25,266 nucleotides of DNA from positions 1-25,266 of IMG/VR virus record IMGVR_UViG_3300030708_000031. The stretch is one strand, 5' to 3'. The notes below the pieces were generated by a model that searched no databases, was not told the DNA's origin, and saw only the letters and a list, made by a program, of their open reading frames with translations. This document shows, piece by piece, positions 6,753 to 15,036 of the stretch. A program made the position numbers and the translations under genes. The DNA is from a virus (lineage: Duplodnaviria; Caudoviricetes). The first letter of the stretch is position 1; each line of letters starts with the position of its first letter.

Positions 6753-7084
6753 ATTGTAGCCCCAGCTATTCTATCTGCCTTTGTTGGCTTTGGGTTCTTG
6801 TCAATTCCTGCTCTTACACTTAACATGCCAAACTCTGTGTTGCCACCCCCTGCCATTTTTAATTTAGGTGTTTGCATCATTTGTGTTTGCATGTTGTTCA
6901 TCTGATTAGATGTCATGTTGCTCATTTGATTTTGCTGTGGCTGTGTCGCAGACATCATCCCACCCCCGTAGGCTTTCCTGCGGGTTTTCTTTTTAGTGGT
7001 CATGCCGCCGTACATCATTGGCTTACGACGAGTCATGCCACCATACATCATGCCTTTGCGTGGGCCATTATTGTACGTTTTCAT
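6728..7084 (-). CDS. Small basic, Met/Gly-rich repeat protein (118 aa), possible virion core / DNA-condensing precursor
   Basis: GAGGA RBS 8 nt before the ATG. Arg/Lys-rich repeats RKGMMYGGM / RKPMMYGGM / RKAYGGGM / KMAGGG, a Q/N/M-rich middle, and C-terminal FGMLSVRAGIDKNPKPTKADRIAGA. Confidence 0.8.
   Translation of the reverse strand: MKTYNNGPRKGMMYGGMTRRKPMMYGGMTTKKKTRRKAYGGGMMSATQPQQNQMSNMTSNQMNNMQTQMMQTPKLKMAGGGNTEFGMLSVRAGIDKNPKPTKADRIAGATMKKSKRTS
6999..7051. repeat. Direct repeat, 2 x 20 bp, 33-bp period (encodes MMYGGMT twice)
   Basis: gtcatgccgccgtacatcat (6999-7018) and gtcatgccaccatacatcat (7032-7051). The two differences are both synonymous. Confidence 0.85.
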
Positions 7085-10000
7085 CTTGATTATCCTCTTC
7101 TGGTGGGAATACGTTTACAAATTCAGGTACGGTTTCACCCATACGTGCATACTCTCTTATAATAAATGATTCTAAAAGTGGAAGCAGAGCTTTTACATCC
7201 TTATCTTCAAACTCACGTGGAGATATAAGCAGCTTATTTAAAATTGCTCCTGCATCTCTACTTTCAGCAACCAACTGCATCATACTAAGGTTGCGTTGCG
7301 ACATCAAACGGAAAGCAAATTCTGCAGCAACGTACTGTGGGCTGACCATTTGACGAGACAAGTTAAACGCACGGCTAACAATTTCGTTGTGAGAAATAGG
7401 ACGGAGACCACCAAACGTTGCTCCTACTAACGCGTTCTGACCTTGCGATATCTGTGCAAACCTAGCTGCGTTTATCAAAAACATCTTTGACTCTTTATCC
7501 ATAAACTCATCTACAACACTCATCACAGCTTTGTTTTTTGTAAGGTCATTAATAAGCACTTCAGGATTAATAAATGTTTCTACAGTGTACTCCTGCCCAT
7601 CTGTACCTAACTTTCTTAACGTTCGTTTAGGCTCCACACCCAAGCCAGCACGTTCCATAAGCATTTTAGGAATCATAAATTTCATCGCGTTATCAAAATC
7701 TTCGCCAGACATACCACCATCTTTCATGAATCTGGCGCGTAAGTCCATAACTCCAGCAATACCCTCTGTTGATATTTTGTCGAACATTCCTCTAATGTCC
7801 ATATCTGCAACTACTTTTAATTTATCTAACGATTTTGCTTGTTGATTAGCAAGCACAGTGTCAAGGCTATCAAGTTTATTTATGCCGTCGTTTAACCTTA
7901 TTGTAAGTTCATCTAACTGACTTTTTAAATTTGGGTCCAGAGAAACCATACGAATGATATCTGTTTCCTGTGCCGTAATATCGTGAAAATCAAACAGCTT
8001 TACATCTATGATATCATCGCCTTGTTTTACCTGTACAGTAAGAGCATCTTCTATCTTATTGATGTTGTCCAGTATGTTAAAATTATACTCTCCTGTACCA
8101 AATTGAAAACTCTCTGGCACACCCAACTCTTTTGGAGACACGCCTGCCTGTCTTGCACGTTCACGTATTCTGTCCGATGACAGATTTAACTGACGTGTTC
8201 TTTCTCTTGCCCACGCATTACGAATAAGTACATCTACACTTTGTTTTGCAAGTTGAAAATTTTCTAAGCCAGTTTCTGTAGTTAAGTCAAATCCAACAAC
8301 TTTTTCACCTCTTGCATCTACAAAGGTATCACCCCACGTGCGTACAAATTGACCTGCCTCATTAGCAAGGTCAGTAAGGTTATCACTAATATCTTCTGTT
8401 GAAAACAAAGATTTATTGATGCTTTCTGCCATAGGTCTATGCCATGAAGTAGGCTCTTTGCCTGTTTTCCAGAGGTACTGAAAGCCTGTAAGGGTGTCTT
8501 TAGACACAGGTTCTGATAATCTACCAGAATCCATGACTTGTGCCATACCACCTTTTCGATATGGGTCAAAACGTACGTCTTTAGCGTTATCTCTTGCAGC
8601 TTTAAGTTCAGGAACAAGACCTTCGATATCGTTTAAGCTGTTTTCTAAAGTGTCTGCTCTCTTTGCGTACTGTGATGCTAACGTGTCGTTTACACCATCT
8701 AATCTGTTTGCTTCTCTTGTTAAATGACCTCGAACTTCGTCTACCTCACTAGCCATAGCACGAAACGGATTAAAACCCTTTGTGATGTCATTTGCAGATA
8801 AGGCTGCTGCAATCTGTAAAAACGTTGCATCTTCTGCAATGAAGAAATCATTATCTTCACCAGTGTCTAGGGTACGACTTCTTGCACCTGCAACAAATTG
8901 TGTAATTTCCTCTGGTTCAAAATTAGCTGTCAATTCACGTTTGGCCATGTTCTCCATTGTCATCAACAAAGAACGTCCTGACGTACCTGTGAAAAACTTG
9001 TTTTGTGCAGAGAACAAGCCTTTAAATCTGGTATTGTTAGACACGGCTTGTAAATCGCCAGCAATTTCCATAACGAAATCAGATATGTCAACTTCTTTGC
9101 CTTCCATCATCTTATCAGCTTTAGCGTAGCCTGCTTTCATTAAAGCAATACGATGTTTCAGCTTCAAATCGTAAGCTATCTCTAAATGTCTGCCGTAATT
9201 TAACTGTACCTTTGGGTCGGCAATGTTAGGAGATAAGGCTTCCATGCGTGCAACGAGAGCATCTGCTACATCACTAAATGATTTGTTAACAATGGCTCTC
9301 TGCTCTTCAATGCCAAGAATAATGTCCCCTGACATATTCAAGTCACTTTCAATTTTAACCAATTGGTCAAAAGTTTCTGATGTTAATTCAGAGGCAGGGT
9401 CACGTAGAATAGACTGCTTGTAATTGTTTAATAGAGCGCGACTATCTTCACGCCTAGCTGCAATTTCCATCAACTGCTGGTTGGTAGATTTTTCTGCAGT
9501 CTGCACCCAATTAAGCGCACGTTCGTAATCTTGCGTGTCTGCACCTTTTCGTGCTAGAATTGTGCGAAGTTGATTTAAGTTGTTTTGTTGTGCAAGAAGT
9601 AATTTTTCTTGGCGAACCTGTGCTTGAACAGCGTTGCCAATATCCCCCATGCTTTTAATATTTCCTATGCTATTACGTTCAATAGCCTGCAAAATAGACA
9701 GTTCAGATATAGCAGCAAATGGTAAACGCATTAAGTCAGCAGCTTGGGCTTGGTCTTTTTCATCAAAGCCTTTTATAAGCTGATTACGAACAGATGATAT
9801 TTCAACAACACTCTTAAATACATCTTCTCTGTATTCATCTGGTATGCCTGCCATAAAGTCAGCAACAGCTTCGTACTCTTTTCTAGCTTTTGCATCGAAT
9901 GTTATTCCCTGCGATTCATACTCCATACGTATTGCATCAAATCGTCTGTTTGTAATAATACCCACTGGAATCCTGCCATTACTCGCTACACGTAAAAAGT

Positions 10001-11657
10001 CCTCACCTTCTCGTGCAACCCCGTCAAGCACTGCACCCAGATGAAACCCTGTAATTGCATCTGGAATAAACATAGCTGTTTTTAAGGTATATTTAATACC
10101 GGGTTTACCTAACACTGCAGCACTAAGTGCGCCTATCAATCCACCAGTATCAGAAGACAGGCCCATTGCTTCACCGTACTGATAACCTGCGGTTTGACCT
10201 GCAGCGATAACAGCTTCATCTACGCCCTGTGCTACGATAGCTGGCTGTCCAATAAAACCCCCTCGTATAAACGTACGGCTGTACTCACTTTCAAGAGAGT
10301 CCAAGTCTGCTGCTAGTTGTTTTCTTACGTCAGAGTCTGTTGCGTTCTCTATTTCTAATCGTTTTTGGTCTATGTTGCTTTTCAAACTGTTTAATCTTTG
10401 ACGTGAGCGTTGAGTATCCATAACTGTTCCTAATGAACCGCGATATCCAGCCTTGCCTGTAAACGGCATCTTCCTAGCTATATTATGGATAGTATCGTAA
10501 TAACCTGTTAAAAACGCACTATTTGTTTCGCGAGTTCTCATAATCCGAAACGCTTCAACTGGGTCAATGTTTCTGTATTCTGGATTTTTTTCAAGCCACT
10601 TGTTTAATCTTCTTTTACGTATCGCACCTAAACCATAATAAGGCACACTAGTAACAGAAGTCATACCTACATTTCTTGTTAAAAAGCTAGCAAACTGGTC
10701 AAGAGCAGGAAGTTGTTTATACCCGTAGTCCATCAACGCCTTTGCTTGTTGTGCATTTACTAAAGGTTTAGATACCATACCCGATGGTCCGGGTAATTGG
10801 TACTTTTTCATGAAGTCTTCGCCGTAGGTTTCTCTCATGTACTCTTTCAGGTCTGCATCAAGTATTCTTGCAAAATCACCGTACGAACTAAATCTTCCAA
10901 TCAAACCATCAGCGGTGCGATAGTTCTCTTCAATCATAGCTTTTCGATGTTCCATATCTCTGGAAACTTCTTCTGGGGTCATGAGTCCTGTGTACCCACC
11001 TAATTGTGTTGCACCCATCATAGTAAATTGTTTAAGATTTTGACCTGTATCTATTAACAATTGTAAGAACTCTGGCACACCTTTAAACACCTCTTCACCA
11101 AATGCACGAGACGTTTCATCAAAATAATCACCCGAAGATATTCTGTCTAACAGCGCAGCTTGTACGTAAGGGTCGGGAAACAACTTTTGCACTTCTGGTG
11201 TAAATTGAATACGATTCTCTAATAGTTTTTCAATTCGTTTGCGTTGCTTTTCTGGTAAGGTATTCAAAAACGCTTGGTCGAATTGAAGAGTCATACCCCC
11301 AAGAGGGATACCCTCATCGGTCATTGTAGTTAGTTTTGTACCTACAGGAATTTGGTCGGATATGTTGAACTTGTGATATTCTCGTTCGTACGCTCTGTCT
11401 AATTTTATCTGTGCGCTTTCATCACCCGCACGTGCTGCCTCTCTTATAGCACTAGGTATTTCTGTTTCGCCAAGTTTAGGCTCGTTGCTTTGCATAAACT
11501 CCTGATACGTTGGAAAATCAGGACGTGTTTTTTGTGCCTCTTTAGTAAGCACAGGCTGGTCTTTTCTAACTTGTAATTCCCCCATTGCAGGGTTTATTTC
11601 AAATAAAAGTTTAGGCGTTATATCTGCACGAGGATTACGAATTACTGGTTGTTGCAT
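7068..11657 (-). CDS. Very large probable internal virion (DNA ejection) protein, 1529 aa
   Basis: Size, position at the end of the structural arm, helical/coiled-coil composition, and a Gly/Ala-rich hydrophobic stretch (GGLIGALSAAVLG). No enzymatic motif recognised. Confidence 0.65.
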   Translation of the reverse strand: MQQPVIRNPRADITPKLLFEINPAMGELQVRKDQPVLTKEAQKTRPDFPTYQEFMQSNEPKLGETEIPSAIREAARAGDESAQIKLDRAYEREYHKFNISDQIPVGTKLTTMTDEGIPLGGMTLQFDQAFLNTLPEKQRKRIEKLLENRIQFTPEVQKLFPDPYVQAALLDRISSGDYFDETSRAFGEEVFKGVPEFLQLLIDTGQNLKQFTMMGATQLGGYTGLMTPEEVSRDMEHRKAMIEENYRTADGLIGRFSSYGDFARILDADLKEYMRETYGEDFMKKYQLPGPSGMVSKPLVNAQQAKALMDYGYKQLPALDQFASFLTRNVGMTSVTSVPYYGLGAIRKRRLNKWLEKNPEYRNIDPVEAFRIMRTRETNSAFLTGYYDTIHNIARKMPFTGKAGYRGSLGTVMDTQRSRQRLNSLKSNIDQKRLEIENATDSDVRKQLAADLDSLESEYSRTFIRGGFIGQPAIVAQGVDEAVIAAGQTAGYQYGEAMGLSSDTGGLIGALSAAVLGKPGIKYTLKTAMFIPDAITGFHLGAVLDGVAREGEDFLRVASNGRIPVGIITNRRFDAIRMEYESQGITFDAKARKEYEAVADFMAGIPDEYREDVFKSVVEISSVRNQLIKGFDEKDQAQAADLMRLPFAAISELSILQAIERNSIGNIKSMGDIGNAVQAQVRQEKLLLAQQNNLNQLRTILARKGADTQDYERALNWVQTAEKSTNQQLMEIAARREDSRALLNNYKQSILRDPASELTSETFDQLVKIESDLNMSGDIILGIEEQRAIVNKSFSDVADALVARMEALSPNIADPKVQLNYGRHLEIAYDLKLKHRIALMKAGYAKADKMMEGKEVDISDFVMEIAGDLQAVSNNTRFKGLFSAQNKFFTGTSGRSLLMTMENMAKRELTANFEPEEITQFVAGARSRTLDTGEDNDFFIAEDATFLQIAAALSANDITKGFNPFRAMASEVDEVRGHLTREANRLDGVNDTLASQYAKRADTLENSLNDIEGLVPELKAARDNAKDVRFDPYRKGGMAQVMDSGRLSEPVSKDTLTGFQYLWKTGKEPTSWHRPMAESINKSLFSTEDISDNLTDLANEAGQFVRTWGDTFVDARGEKVVGFDLTTETGLENFQLAKQSVDVLIRNAWARERTRQLNLSSDRIRERARQAGVSPKELGVPESFQFGTGEYNFNILDNINKIEDALTVQVKQGDDIIDVKLFDFHDITAQETDIIRMVSLDPNLKSQLDELTIRLNDGINKLDSLDTVLANQQAKSLDKLKVVADMDIRGMFDKISTEGIAGVMDLRARFMKDGGMSGEDFDNAMKFMIPKMLMERAGLGVEPKRTLRKLGTDGQEYTVETFINPEVLINDLTKNKAVMSVVDEFMDKESKMFLINAARFAQISQGQNALVGATFGGLRPISHNEIVSRAFNLSRQMVSPQYVAAEFAFRLMSQRNLSMMQLVAESRDAGAILNKLLISPREFEDKDVKALLPLLESFIIREYARMGETVPEFVNVFPPEEDNQDENVQ

Positions 11658-11658
11658 G

Positions 11659-14037
11659 TTACTTACCCTTCGCTACCCATTTACCGTCTATGAATAACCA
11701 TCTACCCGATTCTGTCTGTTTGGTTTGGCTATTTTCAATAACATAACCGTTGATATCATCTCCCATAGGAGAGCCGCCTGCACCTAATTTAACGTTATGT
11801 GTATCTCCGGTAAATTCTTGTGTTGCGCCAGTTTCTGCACCTGTATTTTGATTTGCATCGTCAGTTGCATTTACATTTTGATTGGTATTATTAGAAGATT
11901 GTTGTACAGGCTGTTGAACGTTACTATCAAGTAAATCTTTAGGATTAGTACTAACGTTTCCTGTTCTTTCGTTGTAATAAACCGGAATACCGTCACTATT
12001 TAACGTCATTCTTAAATTCGGGTATATACCAGAGAAATCAGCACCTTGAAAATCTTCTGCAGTCAAACCCCCAGCTTTTGAAATACTAACATCTTGACCG
12101 CCTGTCATGTCTTCTATTTCTTGCGACAGAATCATCGTATTTGCTGCAATGATACCGTCAACCAGTTGGAACTCAGCAGCATTAGTAACCTCATCTGCAC
12201 CCTTCTTTAACAAGGCAAGAATAGGTTCAAATTTTTGTGCTTTTCGTGCGTAGTCAGCTAGTGTAACATCCAATGCAGCCAGTTCTTGACCACGTGTGGA
12301 GAACGCTCTACCTAGTTTAATGTACTGTGCTTCAATATCTTGGTTAGACAAACGACCGGACGGGTCATCTGCACGTGCCATCTTAAACGCCAAAGTAATT
12401 TTCATCGCCTCAATACGTTGTGCTACTTCCCGGTCTTTAGGGTCGCTTATTCCTTTACCTGCATCACGTACTCTTTGAGACAGCTTTGCACTGTATGATG
12501 AGGTCAACTCTTTATTGTTTGTGACATCAGCGTCTTCTGCACGACCACTATCATTTGTTATTTTGACCTGATTATCATTTCTAGTAAACAAACGTACGCC
12601 GCCGTCAATTAAGCCACCAAGTATACCCTCTTCTAAGTCAAATATTGTTTCCAATTTGTCGTAGAATAATAACAATGCTTGAGGGTCACCTTCAACACGC
12701 TTTGCTGTTGCTACTTCAGTGTATAGTAGTTTAAGTGCTTTGTTAGTTTCTATAACACCTTCTGCGTGATTTTTATAAGTCTCAAAAGCATCTGCTACGT
12801 TCTTATCGTCAGAAGTATCTACTCCCATTTCCGTGCGAAGAATGTACTTGCGAAGAGATTCAGAAGATGCTGTTGTTCTTGTTCCTTTACTTGGTTTACC
12901 AACTGCAGGTGGTGTGTACTGCATATATGGAGCAAGCACAAGACCTATTTGACCTACACTTGTTATACCCGCACGATATAATTTTTTTAAGATAGGACTT
13001 ATAGTTTCAGCAGATATGAACTGCAGACCGTTTTGAGGGTCAAAACTAGCAGGGTCAATAGGTTGTTGTAGTTCGTTTACAGACATGTTTGCAAACATAA
13101 CAGCAGCTTCAAACGCTTCTTTAGACTGTTGGAGACTAAAACCTAATTTTGTAGAATATATGTTTTGCCATGCTGCTAGAGCAGTAGGCAATTCTTCTCC
13201 AAGCGACGAGGTTACAGCCCTAATACCCTGTGCGTACAGGTCAGTGTCCAATACGAGTAGAGGGTTGTATGCATTATCATTAGGATTACCGCTCCCCAAC
13301 CCCATAGAAGTAAAATTATCTCCCCTTTCCGTAGCCGCAGCAATTGCAGCTTCGACCGATATTCTTTGTGATGAAGAGAGACCAGTGCTTTCAGAAGGCT
13401 TTGTAATGTTAGTGCCACTACCGACTTTAAACAGTTCAGGGGAATTTTTACCAAATTGTTCAAGAAACCACATACCTTGCAACTCTGATTCAGCAAATTG
13501 CCCTACATCCACTTCTTTATTGTAGTTTCCTTGACTATCTATTACCGCACGCCTCGCCACCGAACCTTGTATAGGGTAGAAGTGTCCCATAATCTCTTGT
13601 TTAACTTGTAAAGGTGCAGTCATAAATTTTTGCTGATTTGAACTGTTCGCAAAGAATGAATTAAACGTGCGCATGATTGAGTCTGGACTGTCAGTACGTT
13701 TAAATGACAAACCACCATCAAAATACGAAATCACATCTGTTTGTTTAGAAGGCTTGCTTACCAACGGCCCCAACTCAGACAAGTCTACACGCACTCGTGG
13801 AGTAGCCGTACCAAATAAATCAATACGTTCTTTGTCATTTAATTTGCCCCGTGCGTCCTTAATGATTCCACTGATTGCATCAGCGTTATATATGTTACCT
13901 TTAAGAGCATTGTCAGCTACCAACGTTTCCAGATTACTAAGCTGTACGCTGTCGGCTTCACGGGCTTCCCTTTCTCTTTCTATATTTTTGGTAAATCCTT
14001 TAATAAGACCCAAAGCTAATGATGCACCTACCCCCAT
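11659..14037 (-). CDS. Probable internal virion (ejection) protein, 792 aa
   Basis: N-terminal MGVGASLALGLIKGF followed by a charged helix, ADDPSGRLSNQDIE motif, and a Q/N-rich linker near the C-terminus. Position in the ejection-protein block. Confidence 0.6.
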   Translation of the reverse strand: MGVGASLALGLIKGFTKNIEREREAREADSVQLSNLETLVADNALKGNIYNADAISGIIKDARGKLNDKERIDLFGTATPRVRVDLSELGPLVSKPSKQTDVISYFDGGLSFKRTDSPDSIMRTFNSFFANSSNQQKFMTAPLQVKQEIMGHFYPIQGSVARRAVIDSQGNYNKEVDVGQFAESELQGMWFLEQFGKNSPELFKVGSGTNITKPSESTGLSSSQRISVEAAIAAATERGDNFTSMGLGSGNPNDNAYNPLLVLDTDLYAQGIRAVTSSLGEELPTALAAWQNIYSTKLGFSLQQSKEAFEAAVMFANMSVNELQQPIDPASFDPQNGLQFISAETISPILKKLYRAGITSVGQIGLVLAPYMQYTPPAVGKPSKGTRTTASSESLRKYILRTEMGVDTSDDKNVADAFETYKNHAEGVIETNKALKLLYTEVATAKRVEGDPQALLLFYDKLETIFDLEEGILGGLIDGGVRLFTRNDNQVKITNDSGRAEDADVTNNKELTSSYSAKLSQRVRDAGKGISDPKDREVAQRIEAMKITLAFKMARADDPSGRLSNQDIEAQYIKLGRAFSTRGQELAALDVTLADYARKAQKFEPILALLKKGADEVTNAAEFQLVDGIIAANTMILSQEIEDMTGGQDVSISKAGGLTAEDFQGADFSGIYPNLRMTLNSDGIPVYYNERTGNVSTNPKDLLDSNVQQPVQQSSNNTNQNVNATDDANQNTGAETGATQEFTGDTHNVKLGAGGSPMGDDINGYVIENSQTKQTESGRWLFIDGKWVAKGK

Positions 14038-14038
14038 C

Positions 14039-14590
14039 TTACTTATCCTTCTTCATATTTATAAAGCTGTCTTCTTTAACAGGCTGTGGAGCATTGCCCT
14101 CGCGTATACCTTTATTTACTGTTTCTGAAACGTACTGGAACATGGCAGGATTATTTTCACGCATCATATCAAAGAATGTTTCATCGTCCATCTCACCCTC
14201 TTCAAGTTCGTCAGCGTTTTCAAAGAAACGATAAGGTATGCCCTCTTCCTCTGCCATGTTTGCAATGTACATGGCTAACGGCCCTTTAATAAGCAATCCT
14301 ACATCCGGTAAAAACGAACCCTCATGAAACGCCTGTAATATGTACCCCTCGACCAGAGTTTCAACAGAAACACCGACAGCAAGTAACTTCATCATCTCTT
14401 GTTTTACTTTGCGTGTCTCTAATGAGCCTATCGCCTTTTTTAAAACCTCAGATGGGTCAACTTGTTTTGGGGGTTTTCCCCAAGGCCATTGAGTGTTGTC
14501 TATCGTAAGAGAGTGTCCTGCTGGTGCTGCTGCAAAAGGGTCTTTTGCTTCAATACTTCCAGCAGGGGGTCGTTTATCCATTTGTTCCAT
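14039..14590 (-). CDS. Hypothetical virion-associated protein, 183 aa
   Basis: Coupled to both neighbours. PAGHSLT...WPWGKPP motif and an acidic C-terminal half. Confidence 0.7.
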   Translation of the reverse strand: MEQMDKRPPAGSIEAKDPFAAAPAGHSLTIDNTQWPWGKPPKQVDPSEVLKKAIGSLETRKVKQEMMKLLAVGVSVETLVEGYILQAFHEGSFLPDVGLLIKGPLAMYIANMAEEEGIPYRFFENADELEEGEMDDETFFDMMRENNPAMFQYVSETVNKGIREGNAPQPVKEDSFINMKKDK

Positions 14591-15036
14591 TATACTGTTA
14601 CCTGTATGTTTTTAGGCTGTTCTGTAACTATGGTTCTTCTGCCCTGTCTAATCGTAGGCTGCACATCGGCTGTTTGGAAAGAAGCAAACATATCTCGTAC
14701 CTGTTGGTTCTGTGCGTTTTGATACAGATTACTCATTGCAGTTGCAAGTTGAGGATTAGCACTTACCATTTTTTGTATCGGTTGAAGTTGTGCAGGCACT
14801 TGTGATGGACTGCCTCGTGTTAACTCTTGTACTGAACGTGGACGAGGTGCAACAGCCATTTGAAAGGGTAATTGAGTAGTCCCATCTTTGCGTTTAAATC
14901 CTGTAGTTGTTAAAAAGGATGACGCTAAACCCTTTACAGCGGCAGATGATGCTGCCCCACTAAGTGTCCCGCCACCTAAAAAATACCCTGCACCCATCCC
15001 TAGTGCAATCGGTGCTAATGCTTTAAGAAGTTTCAT
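14590..15036 (-). CDS. Small probable ejection/pilot protein with an N-terminal hydrophobic helix (148 aa)
   Basis: AGGAG lies 6 nt before ATG 15036 and directly abuts ATG 15042, so the start was moved. Begins MKLLKALAPIALGMGAGYFLGGG. Confidence 0.6.
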   Translation of the reverse strand: MKLLKALAPIALGMGAGYFLGGGTLSGAASSAAVKGLASSFLTTTGFKRKDGTTQLPFQMAVAPRPRSVQELTRGSPSQVPAQLQPIQKMVSANPQLATAMSNLYQNAQNQQVRDMFASFQTADVQPTIRQGRRTIVTEQPKNIQVTV

